The notes under the pieces are model-generated. The model ran no database searches. It was not told the origin of the DNA and saw only the letters and a program-made list of their open reading frames with translations. This document shows positions 41,656-52,179 of a stretch of DNA of 64,000 nucleotides, piece by piece; within the stretch, counting starts at the first letter, position 1, and every line of letters begins with the position of its first letter. A program made the translations under genes and the position numbers. The stretch is from Escherichia phage UGJNEcP1: the sequence record OV754623; one strand, given 5' to 3'.

Positions 41656-42321
41656 ATGGCCGATTTAAAAGCTGGTAGTACAACTGGCGGTGCTGTTATA
41701 TGGCATCAAGGTAATTTCCCTTTAATGCCGGCAGGTGATGACGTCCTGTATAAAACGTTTAAACTCTATTCAGAATATAATAAGCCACAAGCGGCTGATA
41801 ACGATTTCGTTTCTAAAGCTAATGGTGGTACGTATGCCGCTCGAGTAACATTTAATAATGGTGTGCAAGTACCTTATGCCGTAAATAACACAAATCAAAG
41901 TGGTATTTATCCTGGCAATGGCGATGCTGCTACTTTTGATACAGCAAATATTGATATTGTTTCATGGTATGGCATTGGTTTTAAATCATCACAAGGATCT
42001 GCAGGTAGAACTGTTGTTGTTAACACTCGTACTGGTGATATCAGCACTAAAGGTGGTATTTATGCAACTGGTCCTGTCCGTTCTAACGCTACTGCTCCTA
42101 TAGCAGCGAATGACCTTACTAGAAAGGACTATGTTGACGGACGAATAAATATTGTTACGGATAACGCAAATTCCCGTGTATTGCGTAAAGGCGATACCAT
42201 GACTGGTACTTTAACAGCACCAAACTTTTTCTCACAGAATCCGGCGTCTGAGGCTAATCATGTTCCTCGTTTCGACCAGATTGTAATTAAAGATTCTGTT
42301 CAAGATTTCGGCTATTATTAA
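41656..42321 (+). CDS. 36: long tail fibre distal connector gp36
   Basis: 221 aa as T4 gp36; near-identical N- and C-termini; TATAAATA upstream. Confidence 0.9.
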   Translation: MADLKAGSTTGGAVIWHQGNFPLMPAGDDVLYKTFKLYSEYNKPQAADNDFVSKANGGTYAARVTFNNGVQVPYAVNNTNQSGIYPGNGDAATFDTANIDIVSWYGIGFKSSQGSAGRTVVVNTRTGDISTKGGIYATGPVRSNATAPIAANDLTRKDYVDGRINIVTDNANSRVLRKGDTMTGTLTAPNFFSQNPASEANHVPRFDQIVIKDSVQDFGYY

Positions 42322-42329
42322 GAGGACTT

Positions 42330-45300
42330 ATGGCTACATTAAAACAGATACAATTTAAAAGAAGCAAAGTGGCAGGAGTTAATCCTACTGCAGCACAATT
42401 AGCCGAAGGCGAATTAGCGATAAACTTAAAAGATCGAACTCTTTTTACTAAAGATGACCTCGGTAATATTATTAGCCTAGGCTTTGCTAAGGGTGGGGAT
42501 ATTAACGGTAATGTAACTCAAACTGGCGATTATTTACAAAACGGCACGTATAATCTCAATGGAAATCAGTTTGTTTATGCAGGAAAATACATTGAATTTT
42601 TACCTAAAACCACTGGAAATGGCGCTTGGGCTAACCAACATTCGAATAAAGCCCCTATCTTTACAGATTTAAGTTCAACTACTTCTGTTTCAGAATACCA
42701 TCCACTGATTAAACAACGCTATAAAGATGGAACTTTTTCTGCTGGTACATTAGTAAACGAAGGTAGTTTTAAATTCCATTATATTGATGAAACCGGGACT
42801 TCAAAATACTGGACTTTTAATCGAAACGGTAATTTTCAAGTTGATTCCGGAAGTTTATTAGTATCTAATGGATATTTAGTTACTCAAAGTAATATTGAAA
42901 CTAAAGCTGGTTCTTTAATTGGTCCTAAAGTTATTACCAAAAATATCAATGTGAGCACTAAATCTTGGGACACTAATATTGATACTGCATATGATTTAGT
43001 TTCATTACCGACTTGGCAGTATACTCCAACCGAAACAGATTTGGATACTAATGGTATAAACTACCTTCGTAAATTCCGCGGACATGTTTCTTCTGCTATT
43101 TTCCATGAAGTTGCTGATGCTCGTTCAGGTAAACCACAGAATATTTCGTATTGGACAGGACGTAATGCTGAAGTTTATCAATGGTCTTATACCACAGATG
43201 GGCGTATGTCTGTTGCTAATTCGATAGGTATAGGTCTTGCTGATGTTGGTGACCAAGGACGTTATCCATTGGTTTCGTTTGGTAAAGGTATTGCAATTGG
43301 TGACAATGATACTGGTATTAAATGGGTTCGTGACGGGGTTATCGATTTAGTTGCGAATGGTATTTCTGCCGGCACTATTCTTAATAACGGTATTAACAGT
43401 ACTAAAAAATTGATGGTTGGTTATAGTCGAGATTCTGGTTCTACTTGGGATTACCCAAATAACAACCAAGCAATGTTTACTGCGCGTACCGATGTTGATG
43501 GTAATAATAACGGTGACGGTCAGACTCATATCGGTTATAGTAGCAATGCCAAGATGTATCACTATTTCCGTGGCACTGGTCGTATGTCCGTTAGTATGGG
43601 TGATGGGCTTCTTGTTGAGCCTGGCATTTTAGATATTAAAACCAGTTCAAATAGGGTTGCTATTAGAGCAGATGGTACATTTGACTCAACCCAACGTATT
43701 TCAATGCGTACTGGGTTATTTTTATCAGGTGATGACAATACCAATGCTTTGACATTTAAAGCGCCTACAGGCGTTGACGGGACAAAAACCATTAACTGGG
43801 ATGCAGGTACTCGTAATGGTCAGAATAAAAATACTGTAACCATTAAAGCATGGGGTAACTCATTTAACGCTGAAAAGGGTAATAGAGAAACTGTATTTGA
43901 AGTATCAGATTCACAAGGTTATTATTTTTATGCTCAACGTACCAACCCGGCTTCTGGTGAAACAGTAGGTCCTGTTAACTTTAAATTTAACGGAACTGTC
44001 GAAACAGGCCATATCATAGGCCTTGGTAATATAAGTGCCTCCGGTACAGGTTCTTTTGGTGGCAATGTTACCATGACTAATGGCCTGTTTGTCCAAGGTG
44101 GTTCTTCTATTACAGGCCAAGTTAAAATTGGTGGAACAGCTGATGCATTAAGAATTTGGAATGCTGAATACGGTGCTATTTTCCGTCGTTCTGAAGATAA
44201 GCTTTATATTATTCCAACCCCGCAGAATGCTGGCGAATCAGGTGGTATTTCTAATTTACGTCCGTTCTATATTACATTAAGTACCGGTAAAGTTTCTATG
44301 GACCATGATGTAGATATCGGTGGTGGAATATTTAAAGTAGAAACTAGTGGAACAACAGCAGGGAAACGTATTACAGTTAATGCGGCGTCAGATGCTATTA
44401 GAATAAATGCCCCAACGCAAGAGTCTTCTAACTTTATTCAAGGACGTAAAGCAGATGTTACAAAATGGTATTTAGGTATTGGCGATGGCGGCAACGTCGT
44501 TCGTATGCATAGTTACACCTATTCACATGGTATTGCACTGAATTCTGATACTGTCGATATTACTAAACCATTAAAAGTTGGTAATGCTCAATTCGGTACT
44601 GATGGTAATATCACTGGTGGTTCTGGTAATTTTGCTAACTTGAATACCACAATAAATAACCTTAAGACAGATATTGTCTCAAGTTATCCAATTGGTGCTC
44701 CGATTCCTTGGCCTACTGATACACCTCCTGAAGGTTATGCCATAATGGAAGGCCAGACGTTTGATACTGACTTGTATCCTAAGTTAGCTGCGGTGTATCC
44801 TTCCGGCGCTCTGCCTGATATGCGCGGTCAAACTATCAAGGGTAAACCATCCGGGCGTGCTGTATTAAGTACAGAAGCAGACGGTGTTAAGTCACATAGC
44901 CATAGTGCAAGTGCGTCAAGCACGGATTTAGGTACTAAGACCACTTCTAGTTTTGATTACGGTAGCAAAACGACTTCAAGCTTTGATTATGGTACTAAAA
45001 CCAGTAATACTACTGGTAACCATAACCATACAGTGAGTGGTAATACTAGTGCCGCTGGTAATCACCAGCACTCACAGACAGGCCCAAGAGGACCTAGTAA
45101 CCAACCGACCGGGATATTTCCTAATGGGGCTACTCTAATTAGTGGGACTCAGGTTATTAGTTTTGGCCTAAGCAACGGTATCGTGCCTGGTACAAGCCAA
45201 TATATTGCAAAGTCGTCAACAGAAGGTAACCATACCCATAGTTGGTCAGGAACTACTAGCGCTACTGGTAACCATGCCCATACGGTAGGTATTGGTGCTC

Positions 45301-45443
45301 ATACCCATTCGGTAGGTATTGGTGCTCATTCTCATACTGTTGCAATTGGTTCCCATGGGCATACAATAACTGTAAATGCCACAGGAAATACAGAAAACAC
45401 TGTTAAAAACGTTGCTTTTAACTATATCGTTCGTTTAGCATAA
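42330..45443 (+). CDS. 37: long tail fibre distal subunit gp37 (receptor-binding tip)
   Basis: 1037 aa; C-terminal His-x-His repeats ([22 protein letters not shown]) typical of the T4 gp37 needle domain. Confidence 0.9.
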   Translation: MATLKQIQFKRSKVAGVNPTAAQLAEGELAINLKDRTLFTKDDLGNIISLGFAKGGDINGNVTQTGDYLQNGTYNLNGNQFVYAGKYIEFLPKTTGNGAWANQHSNKAPIFTDLSSTTSVSEYHPLIKQRYKDGTFSAGTLVNEGSFKFHYIDETGTSKYWTFNRNGNFQVDSGSLLVSNGYLVTQSNIETKAGSLIGPKVITKNINVSTKSWDTNIDTAYDLVSLPTWQYTPTETDLDTNGINYLRKFRGHVSSAIFHEVADARSGKPQNISYWTGRNAEVYQWSYTTDGRMSVANSIGIGLADVGDQGRYPLVSFGKGIAIGDNDTGIKWVRDGVIDLVANGISAGTILNNGINSTKKLMVGYSRDSGSTWDYPNNNQAMFTARTDVDGNNNGDGQTHIGYSSNAKMYHYFRGTGRMSVSMGDGLLVEPGILDIKTSSNRVAIRADGTFDSTQRISMRTGLFLSGDDNTNALTFKAPTGVDGTKTINWDAGTRNGQNKNTVTIKAWGNSFNAEKGNRETVFEVSDSQGYYFYAQRTNPASGETVGPVNFKFNGTVETGHIIGLGNISASGTGSFGGNVTMTNGLFVQGGSSITGQVKIGGTADALRIWNAEYGAIFRRSEDKLYIIPTPQNAGESGGISNLRPFYITLSTGKVSMDHDVDIGGGIFKVETSGTTAGKRITVNAASDAIRINAPTQESSNFIQGRKADVTKWYLGIGDGGNVVRMHSYTYSHGIALNSDTVDITKPLKVGNAQFGTDGNITGGSGNFANLNTTINNLKTDIVSSYPIGAPIPWPTDTPPEGYAIMEGQTFDTDLYPKLAAVYPSGALPDMRGQTIKGKPSGRAVLSTEADGVKSHSHSASASSTDLGTKTTSSFDYGSKTTSSFDYGTKTSNTTGNHNHTVSGNTSAAGNHQHSQTGPRGPSNQPTGIFPNGATLISGTQVISFGLSNGIVPGTSQYIAKSSTEGNHTHSWSGTTSATGNHAHTVGIGAHTHSVGIGAHSHTVAIGSHGHTITVNATGNTENTVKNVAFNYIVRLA

Positions 45444-45449
45444 GGAGAA

Positions 45450-45463
45450 GGGACTTCGGTCCC
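45450..45463 (+). terminator. hairpin GGGAC-UUCG-GUCCC plus U-run after gene 37, within the gene 38 translation initiation region
   Basis: Follows the gene 37 stop; sits between an AAGGAG SD and the gene 38 AUG. Confidence 0.55.
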
Positions 45464-45473
45464 TTTTTATAAT

Positions 45474-46025
45474 ATGAAACTCTATCACTATTATTTTGAC
45501 ACTAAAGAATTTTACAAAGAAGAAAATTATAAACCATTAAAAGGCGTAGGATTTCCGGCTCATTCGACACCAAAAAAACCTTTAGACCCTAAAGAAGGCT
45601 ATGCTGTTATATTTGACGAACGCGAGCAAGAATGGGTATATGTTGAAGACCATCGTGGAAAAACAGTATGGACTTATGATAAGCAAAAAATTGTTATTGA
45701 CACTCCAGGTGCTCTTCAAAATGTTACTACAGAAGAACCTGGTGAATTTGACATTTGGACCGACGACGGGTGGAAGGAAGATGAAGCATATAAACGCGTA
45801 GTTCAACGTGATAAGAAAATTCATGAACTCTATAAATTATTCAGTGTTTTAAGTTCTCTTATTGACGCAGAGGTTGCTAATAGAGAAGAAAAACGAAAAT
45901 TTAAAGAGCTCAAAAAATTCTTTGCCCTTTTAGAAAAACATGAACATCTTGGCGGCGAATTCCCTAAATTCCCTGACCTTGAAAAAAAATCTATTGTCAA
46001 AGCGATTATAAATATCTTTAAGTAA
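45474..46025 (+). CDS. 38: tail fibre assembly chaperone gp38 (T4 type)
   Basis: 183 aa as T4 gp38; near-identical N-terminus (HYYFDTKEFYKEENYKP). Confidence 0.85.
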   Translation: MKLYHYYFDTKEFYKEENYKPLKGVGFPAHSTPKKPLDPKEGYAVIFDEREQEWVYVEDHRGKTVWTYDKQKIVIDTPGALQNVTTEEPGEFDIWTDDGWKEDEAYKRVVQRDKKIHELYKLFSVLSSLIDAEVANREEKRKFKELKKFFALLEKHEHLGGEFPKFPDLEKKSIVKAIINIFK

Positions 46026-46034
46026 GGAGGTATT

Positions 46035-46697
46035 ATGGCAACACCAAAAGTGTCATTTTCGCCTAGTGATATTCTATTTGGGTTGCTAGATCGTATTTTC
46101 AAAGATAACGCTACTGGAAAGGTTTTAATGTCCCGAGTAGCGGTAATTATTCTTTTGTTCCTAATGGCACTAATATGGTACAAAGGAAGTATTTTGCTGG
46201 ATTATTATGTAAGAGCTAAGTATGATACTTATACTGAAATAATCCAAAAAGAACGAGCTTTACGTTTTGAATCTGCGGCTCTAGAACAACTGCAAATAGT
46301 TCATATCTCATCTGGTGCAGATTTTAGTGCTGTGTATTCTTTCAGACCTAAAAACTTAAATTATTTTGTCGACCTTATAGCTTATGAAGGCAAACTACCT
46401 AGCACAATTTCTGAAAAGTCGCTTGGTGGATTCCCGGTGGATAAAACGGCTAATGAATATATAATTCATTTAAGTGGCCGTCATTTCTCATCTAAATCAG
46501 AATTTGCATTTTTGCCTACAAAATCTAAGACTGCCGAACTTTCTTATATGTATAGTTGTCCATACTTTAATTTGGATAACATCTATGCTGGAACTGTGGC
46601 GATGTATTGGTATAAGGGGAATAATAATATACTTGAGGAAGATCGCTTAGCGGCTATATGCAACCAAGCGATCCGAATACTAGGAAGGGCTAAATAA
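46035..46697 (+). CDS. t: holin T
   Basis: 220 aa; single N-terminal transmembrane segment; near-identical to T4 holin as recalled. Confidence 0.9.
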   Translation: MATPKVSFSPSDILFGLLDRIFKDNATGKVLMSRVAVIILLFLMALIWYKGSILLDYYVRAKYDTYTEIIQKERALRFESAALEQLQIVHISSGADFSAVYSFRPKNLNYFVDLIAYEGKLPSTISEKSLGGFPVDKTANEYIIHLSGRHFSSKSEFAFLPTKSKTAELSYMYSCPYFNLDNIYAGTVAMYWYKGNNNILEEDRLAAICNQAIRILGRAK

Positions 46698-46970
46698 TTA
46701 GTTGTTAGAATACATCGCTAAATGACGATAAATATTTTCAAAACCTTCATTGAATTCACTAATCAGTGTTTTCTTTTCTTCGGCAGTTAAATTTGTAATT
46801 AGTTTTCTAAAAGAATTCTGATTTAGCTGCCGACCATCTTTTTTAATTCCAATCTCATTCAAGAATCCGATGAAACTTGCTCGGTCTTCAACAATATCTT
46901 CCCTAGAGAATTTAATCAAAATAGAAGCAATAGTAATAATTTCACGTACAATTTCAATATCTTTATTCAT
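46698..46970 (-). CDS. asiA: anti-sigma70 factor AsiA
   Basis: 90 aa as T4 AsiA; near-identical (ILIKFSREDIVE, FLNEIG). Confidence 0.85.
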   Translation of the reverse strand: MNKDIEIVREIITIASILIKFSREDIVEDRASFIGFLNEIGIKKDGRQLNQNSFRKLITNLTAEEKKTLISEFNEGFENIYRHLAMYSNN

Positions 46971-47016
46971 AACGTTTTATTCATTCTACTTAGTTGATAT
47001 GGATATAGTACCATTA

Positions 47017-47232
47017 TCAGTGTTGATTGTAAACAGCTTTTTCTACGCTTTTAACGTAATTGACGTAGTCTTCCTGTTCGTACGAGTGTAAGGCTAAGAA
47101 CAGAGCTAATAGTTCATTATAGACTAAAGCCTCACGCTCGCGTTCGGCCTCTACTACGTTCTGAAGATTATGGCTCATACCGTTCCTTATAACTATCAAT
47201 ATAGTCCTGTATGTCGAAGAATGACATTTCAT
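47017..47232 (-). CDS. hypothetical protein
   Basis: ORF track; overlaps the next ORF; start uncertain. Confidence 0.3.
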   Translation of the reverse strand: MKCHSSTYRTILIVIRNGMSHNLQNVVEAEREREALVYNELLALFLALHSYEQEDYVNYVKSVEKAVYNQH

Positions 47233-47467
47233 ATTCTAGGGCATTAAGAGCCCGTTCTTCAGTATAGTCAGAACCAAAGACGATAGTGATTTCACCAGGC
47301 TTCATGTGATTGAAATCAACACTAAAAGGAATACGAGAACATACTTCGTCTGCCATATCTGCAACAACACTACGATACACTTCTCGGTTAACCTGATAAA
47401 GCTCTGCAAGTTCTTCGCATCGAATAACAAGTTCAGTGGCAGGATTTTCTTTGATTTTAGTAAGCAT
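47168..47467 (-). CDS. acidic protein, possible Arn-like anti-restriction protein
   Basis: ORF 47168..47554 trimmed to Met 30 (about 99 aa, acidic); position between asiA and motA as for T4 arn. The upstream ATG at 47554 with ATGA coupling is an alternative start. Confidence 0.35.
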   Translation of the reverse strand: MLTKIKENPATELVIRCEELAELYQVNREVYRSVVADMADEVCSRIPFSVDFNHMKPGEITIVFGSDYTEERALNALEYEMSFFDIQDYIDSYKERYEP

Positions 47468-47550
47468 AGTCTTTACCCTTATGTTTTTGTTTGCGTTTAG
47501 ATTGAAGTTCTGATTTCTTCTTGTCCTTATGGACAGAAGCCTTATTGAAA

Positions 47551-47769
47551 TCATGTTTTGCTACAAGATTGTTCATAATGATTTATAACCTCATTTAAGC
47601 ATTTATCGGTAAAAGAAAACTTTTTAGCCACAGAACATTCGATAATGTGCTCTTTCAAATCTTTAGAGTCGGTATATCCCATCTCAGTAATAAAGTGGCG
47701 AATTAAAGCTTTATTCTTATCATTGACAGAATTAAAATAATCTGCTTTAGAATCAATTATTCTCATCAT
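47551..47769 (-). CDS. hypothetical protein
   Basis: ORF track. Confidence 0.45.
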   Translation of the reverse strand: MMRIIDSKADYFNSVNDKNKALIRHFITEMGYTDSKDLKEHIIECSVAKKFSFTDKCLNEVINHYEQSCSKT

Positions 47770-48034
47770 CTAATTTCCTTAATTGATATTGCAACGAGCT
47801 AATAATTTCTTCATTCATTTTAATATACATGTCACACAAGAAAGATTTTAACCCGTCACGAATAATTGCTAACTTATCACCTTTACATAAATTGACCAAA
47901 TAAGGATGATCTAAAGCATCCCAACCAGGCTGATTAGCATACATACCATAGTTTTCTTCCATCATATGATTAAGACGTTTGATATCTTGGATACGTGTTT
48001 CAATAGCATCTTTCTGGAGTTGTTTAATATTCAT
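47753..48034 (-). CDS. hypothetical protein
   Basis: ORF track. Confidence 0.45.
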   Translation of the reverse strand: MNIKQLQKDAIETRIQDIKRLNHMMEENYGMYANQPGWDALDHPYLVNLCKGDKLAIIRDGLKSFLCDMYIKMNEEIISSLQYQLRKLDDENN

Positions 48035-48495
48035 TAATAAAGGTCCTCTGAATAAAGTTCTTTCTCACTTCCGCCACGTTCAATACGTACCTGTCCAGCA
48101 TATGTTGCAATAATCATTGCTTCTTCACGAGTCCAGTAATTAGAGTATTGGTCGATAAAGCCTTGGTCGTCACCACAAACTTGTTGCGAGACTAATTGAG
48201 GACCAACTATATCAAGTACTTCAGCCATATCTTTAGAGTAATGACGAACTCCAGGAATAACCAGAGTTCCACCGCTCTTCAATTTAAACCTATTAGCTGC
48301 ACATACTATAACACGTTGAACTTTTTGGTCATTATTCCAATAGCATGTTTGCCAACAGATTTCAGGAACTTCATTCATTATATCATCAGCAGAATAATTA
48401 TAACCGTAGGACTGGAATTTTTCTGCTAGACTTTCAGGAGTCTCACGAGACAAGGCCAAATCTAATAGCTCTAAACGTTCTTTAAATGATTTCAT
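48034..48495 (-). CDS. hypothetical protein
   Basis: ORF track; ATGA overlaps at both ends. Confidence 0.5.
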   Translation of the reverse strand: MKSFKERLELLDLALSRETPESLAEKFQSYGYNYSADDIMNEVPEICWQTCYWNNDQKVQRVIVCAANRFKLKSGGTLVIPGVRHYSKDMAEVLDIVGPQLVSQQVCGDDQGFIDQYSNYWTREEAMIIATYAGQVRIERGGSEKELYSEDLY

Positions 48496-48836
48496 TTAAA
48501 CCATTCCTTAATACGTTGCCAAATAGATTTTTGTGCTTGTTTATTTACACCAATCGAACGAATAACTGGTTGTGACTGCTGATATTCTTTATAATCTTCT
48601 TTATAGATTTCGTAAGCTGCATCAACAAATGAACTGATCGCTGCCATGTAGTTTTTACGAAGACCACCAGGAGCTACTCCATTAGGGAATTCGGAATTTT
48701 CGCGAATAATTAAATATAACCCAGCTTTAACCTTTACAATTGTCCCTAAATAAGCCCCGTGGTACCAAATATCCCATCCTTCCTGAGTAGGTTCTGCACA
48801 TTTACGAAGTTCGTTAATAATATTCAGCTTATTCAT
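48492..48836 (-). CDS. hypothetical protein (motA.1 position)
   Basis: ORF track. Confidence 0.5.
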   Translation of the reverse strand: MNKLNIINELRKCAEPTQEGWDIWYHGAYLGTIVKVKAGLYLIIRENSEFPNGVAPGGLRKNYMAAISSFVDAAYEIYKEDYKEYQQSQPVIRSIGVNKQAQKSIWQRIKEWFK

Positions 48837-48846
48837 TATGTATTCC

Positions 48847-49479
48847 TCACAGTACGTTAGTTACAAGAGTAATGATTTCTTTGGACACATTAGGGAAGTC
48901 AATGTAAGTATATTTACCACCGATCTTAATCTTAACATCATTTTCAAGAGAAGTAAACAGCTTTGATTCAGTTTCTGACATGTTGTATGCAAAGATTCTA
49001 AGAGCGCCATCTCGTCGAATTTCAATTTGGCGAATGCCTAGAACTCGTTTAGCGAATCGAACTTCTAAGTTACTACGGTTTTCACCAATTTCTTTAACTT
49101 CAACTTTATCTTTAATATTTTCAAAAACAAAGTTTGCTAATTCATGCATTTCAGGAGTAACTCCACGTGCTTTTCTAGTGTTACGTTTCTGAAGAAGTTC
49201 TGGAGCATTTTCTTGGGCAAAGAGGTCTGCAGCTTTTTGGATAATATCCATTGCTTCGCCTGTTGCTATAAGTCCATCACCAGATTTTTCGACTAAACCT
49301 TTCTTAATCAATACACCAATGTTAGAGTTAACAACCGATGCATTGTATTCAGCTTCCAGAGCTTCACGGACATTAGCAGCAGTGGTGAAGTTGTTCTTAA
49401 TGATATAAACCATTATTGCAGCAGTTTTTTCATTCAGAGCGTTTTCAGAAGCTTTGATGATGTAAGTAACTTTAGACAT
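48847..49479 (-). CDS. motA: middle-promoter transcription activator MotA
   Basis: ORF 48847..49539 trimmed to Met 21 (MSKVTYIIKAS...), 210 aa versus T4 MotA 211 aa; early-type promoter upstream. Confidence 0.85.
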   Translation of the reverse strand: MSKVTYIIKASENALNEKTAAIMVYIIKNNFTTAANVREALEAEYNASVVNSNIGVLIKKGLVEKSGDGLIATGEAMDIIQKAADLFAQENAPELLQKRNTRKARGVTPEMHELANFVFENIKDKVEVKEIGENRSNLEVRFAKRVLGIRQIEIRRDGALRIFAYNMSETESKLFTSLENDVKIKIGGKYTYIDFPNVSKEIITLVTNVL

Positions 49480-49547
49480 TTTATTTCTCCAATTTGGTTG
49501 TTTTGTTTTGATATGTCTATAATACCATGTTTGAAGCAAAAGTAAAC
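49474..49547 (-). repeat. promoter-leader cassette, copy 1 (motA)
   Basis: 74 nt, about 93 percent identical to 49795..49868. Confidence 0.7.
49519..49547 (-). promoter_or_regulatory. T4 early-type promoter (GTTTAC-N17-TATTAT) for motA
   Basis: Spacer includes a TGCTTCA MotA-box-like motif. Confidence 0.55.
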
Positions 49548-49584
49548 TTTATTTTGGGCTCTTTTTCAAAAGCCCTGGTAAAAT

Positions 49585-49800
49585 TTACAAACTCATTTCT
49601 TTAATAAGGCTAATAAGTTTTGCCTTTTTAGAACGAAGCTTTTCTAAATGATGCCCATTTGAACCGCGAACCACTAAAGAATTGATTTCAACTTCTAAGA
49701 AATTTAATTCTTCAACAAGTGCTTTACGGAGAGCATTCATACCAGGTTTAACTTTACCGAAACGAGTAGTTGTGTTTTGAGTTAATTTCATTTTAGACAT
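49585..49800 (-). CDS. hypothetical small protein expressed from a duplicated motA promoter-leader
   Basis: 71-aa ORF; its upstream 74 nt (promoter, leader, SD, first codons MSK) is a near copy of the motA upstream region. Confidence 0.5.
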   Translation of the reverse strand: MSKMKLTQNTTTRFGKVKPGMNALRKALVEELNFLEVEINSLVVRGSNGHHLEKLRSKKAKLISLIKEMSL

Positions 49801-49868
49801 TTTATTTCTCCAATTTGGCTGTTTTGTTTTGATAGGTTTATAATATCATGTTTGAAGCAAAAGTAAAC
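49795..49868 (-). repeat. promoter-leader cassette, copy 2 (upstream small ORF)
   Basis: 74 nt, about 93 percent identical to 49474..49547; includes -35, -10, leader, SD and the first codons. Confidence 0.7.
49840..49868 (-). promoter_or_regulatory. T4 early-type promoter (GTTTAC-N17-TATTAT), duplicate of the motA promoter
   Basis: Near-identical copy 321 nt upstream of the motA promoter. Confidence 0.55.
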
Positions 49869-49896
49869 TGTTTTCGTGAGAAAAAAATGCACAAAA

Positions 49897-49912
49897 GGGA
49901 GCTTCGGCTCCC
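49897..49912 (-). terminator. intrinsic terminator after gene 52 (GGGAGC-CGAA-GCUCCC plus U-run)
   Basis: Hairpin followed by TTTTGTG on the minus strand, upstream of the duplicated promoter. Confidence 0.55.
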
Positions 49913-49988
49913 TAATCATGTTTGTCTAACCAATACAGCCAAATCACTAGTGCAGCTATTGCACCGAGAAATCCTAAGGCTAGGGCAC

Positions 49989-51314
49989 TCAAAGTGCCTC
50001 CAAGTCTTTAGTGTACTCTGTCACAACATCAGTAGACTTCCAATACTCGTTTTCTTCTTTCTTAGCTTTAGCTTCTTCTGCTAGTTTACGTGCTTCGTCG
50101 GAAGTGATATGGAAGATGTTAAGACCTACCAGTTTATCGACATGTTCTTTATACATTTCGATTTGTGCTAGCTCTTCAGTCAAAGCTTTACGAGTCTTGC
50201 CTTGAATCACAATTTCACCGGCAATAACTTTTTTGATGAAGTGTGCCTTAGCAAAAGCAAGTTTAAATGCTTTTTCAGATTCAAGGATTTTGTTGTCAAT
50301 ACGTTTCTGAACGTAAGTCTTACGGACTTCAACAAAATCTTTGATTAAGTCCACTACGTTATCGTAGACCGCTAATTTACCCTTTTCATTAATCACTGTG
50401 ATGTTTTGTGAACGACGTTCGATGAGACTAAAATCTTTCATGATTTTTTCGTGACGTAGCTCTTCATCATCAGGAAGCGAGTACTCTTTACGGAACTTCA
50501 CCTTAAACCCAAAGCCGTGTTCACCACAATCATCTTCCCATGAGATTAGACCTTTGTCTTCCAACGGGTCAAGAACCTTACTCACATACGTTTCACGGTC
50601 GAATTTATATGGGATTTCAGTTATCTGCATTTGAGTGCGAGATGTGAACTTATATGTTCCGTGAATCTCATAACGCCCATCAACTTCATGTACTTCACCA
50701 CGGAATTCCGGGAATTCAACTTTTGGCTTAGTGACATTTTTACCTTGAAGAGCTTGTAATACAGCCTTTTTAACTGATTTAAAACTATGAGGCAGAATAT
50801 TTGTTGCGTAACCGGTTGCAATACCAGAGACGCCATTCAAAAGAACTGTCGGAATAATAGGAAGATAGAATTTTGGTGGAACGTGTTCTTTATCTTCATG
50901 AGCTGGAGCGTATTCAGTATCTTTATAGACATTATAGAAATTTTTACTTACACGAGCAAAAATATAACGAGATGCTGCAGCTTTTTGGACTGTTCTAGAA
51001 CCAAAGTTGCCCTGGCCGTCTAACAGTGGATAGTTGTTGTTCCATGTGTTAGCCATCAATGCACCTGCATCTTGTGCAGAAGATTCGCCATGATGATAAC
51101 CTAAATCTGCAACACCTCCTGCAATTGACGCAAGTTTATGAAATTTTTCTTTATTACCACGAGCCAAATCTAATGCCCGATGAACAACAAAACGTTGAAC
51201 CGGCTTAAATCCATCAATCATGTTTGGGATTGCACGGTTTTCAACGGTGTACATCGCATATGCTAAGGCTTCGTTATCAATAATACTTTTTAGATTACGA
51301 GAATTCAATTGCAT
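49989..51314 (-). CDS. 52: DNA topoisomerase II medium subunit gp52
   Basis: 441 aa (T4 gp52 442 aa); GyrA-like N-terminus; near-identical to T4 as recalled. Confidence 0.9.
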   Translation of the reverse strand: MQLNSRNLKSIIDNEALAYAMYTVENRAIPNMIDGFKPVQRFVVHRALDLARGNKEKFHKLASIAGGVADLGYHHGESSAQDAGALMANTWNNNYPLLDGQGNFGSRTVQKAAASRYIFARVSKNFYNVYKDTEYAPAHEDKEHVPPKFYLPIIPTVLLNGVSGIATGYATNILPHSFKSVKKAVLQALQGKNVTKPKVEFPEFRGEVHEVDGRYEIHGTYKFTSRTQMQITEIPYKFDRETYVSKVLDPLEDKGLISWEDDCGEHGFGFKVKFRKEYSLPDDEELRHEKIMKDFSLIERRSQNITVINEKGKLAVYDNVVDLIKDFVEVRKTYVQKRIDNKILESEKAFKLAFAKAHFIKKVIAGEIVIQGKTRKALTEELAQIEMYKEHVDKLVGLNIFHITSDEARKLAEEAKAKKEENEYWKSTDVVTEYTKDLEAL

Positions 51315-51318
51315 ATTT

Positions 51319-51459
51319 TCACCATATTAATGAACGAATAACCATTATAACATCTGAAATGAAAAGCACTACTTGGATTAGTCCAAACATCACACCATAA
51401 TACAGAACCGTAAGCAACAACAAGAGCCCGAAGGCTCCTGCTAAGATTTTCTTAATCAT
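51319..51459 (-). CDS. small hydrophobic membrane protein, 46 aa (ac/52.1 position)
   Basis: Hand-translated (MIKKILAGAFGLLLLLTVLYYGVMFGLIQVVLF...); start overlaps the upstream small ORF stop; not in the ORF track. Confidence 0.35.
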   Translation of the reverse strand: MIKKILAGAFGLLLLLTVLYYGVMFGLIQVVLFISDVIMVIRSLIW

Positions 51460-51604
51460 TACTCGCCTTTAACACGTTAAGAAGAGCTAAGACCGCTAAG
51501 GTGCCTTGTGATACGGCTTGTTGAAATACTGTTGTTTCGCCTGTAACTAAAGTGTTAACGAATAAAAACAACCAACACAGCAATGCAATAATCCATGATA
51601 CCAT
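51452..51604 (-). CDS. small hydrophobic membrane protein, 50 aa
   Basis: Hand-translated (MVSWIIALLCWLFLFVNTLV...); GAGGT SD; directly downstream of ndd. Confidence 0.35.
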   Translation of the reverse strand: MVSWIIALLCWLFLFVNTLVTGETTVFQQAVSQGTLAVLALLNVLKASND

Positions 51605-51656
51605 TTTAATTACCTCAAAAATAAATTAAAGGACTATTAAGCTAGGCCCGTATAAA

Positions 51657-52103
51657 TTAGTAACTCTGCAGAATGAATTTGAAATTATCTGCCAGAAGAC
51701 GGTTCATTTCAGTGAGTGTTTGATATTCTGATGTATGATTGCGAGTGAATGCCAGAGCCAATTGTCCTTTACCATAACCAGTAGTCAGGGGTTTCATGTT
51801 CTTAGCTGCAACAAAGATTACATCATATTCAATATTGTTAGTGCCCATAGTACGGGCTAGTTGTGAACGGCCTTGACGAATGTGAGAAAGAATTGCATCC
51901 AACCCTTGTTTAGAACGTTGACGTCCTACAAAGAATCGTGCTGCTACTTGTCGCCAATCAGATGAACCTTTAACAAAGAAGTAAAAACCTTCACGAGAAC
52001 GAAACTCTTTAGAAACTTCAGAACCGTATTCACCATTACGAACTACTGCAACAACTTCACCGCCAACTGCCAGAAGGTCTTTACGAGTTAAATATTTGGA
52101 CAT
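51657..52103 (-). CDS. ndd: nucleoid disruption protein Ndd
   Basis: 148 aa (T4 Ndd 151 aa); position between gene 52 and denB; promoter upstream. Confidence 0.65.
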   Translation of the reverse strand: MSKYLTRKDLLAVGGEVVAVVRNGEYGSEVSKEFRSREGFYFFVKGSSDWRQVAARFFVGRQRSKQGLDAILSHIRQGRSQLARTMGTNNIEYDVIFVAAKNMKPLTTGYGKGQLALAFTRNHTSEYQTLTEMNRLLADNFKFILQSY

Positions 52104-52147
52104 GCTAATTTCCTCAATTGATTAATGTTTTTGTAATCCATGAGAGC

Positions 52148-52177
52148 ATTATACTCTGCTCTCAAGAGTTTGTACAA
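52148..52177 (-). promoter_or_regulatory. early-type promoter variant (TTGTAC-N18-TATAAT) upstream of ndd
   Basis: -10 flanked by GAGAGCA / TGCTCTC. Confidence 0.45.
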
Positions 52178-52179
52178 TT

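Noticed and set aside
36893-43792. Numerous short ORFs on either strand inside the tail fibre genes 34 and 37
   Set aside because: Embedded in long, well-supported structural genes; no independent signals.
49585-49800. Ribosomal protein L29 homologue
   Set aside because: Similarity is limited to a short LRKxxVEELN-like motif; too weak to call without a profile search.
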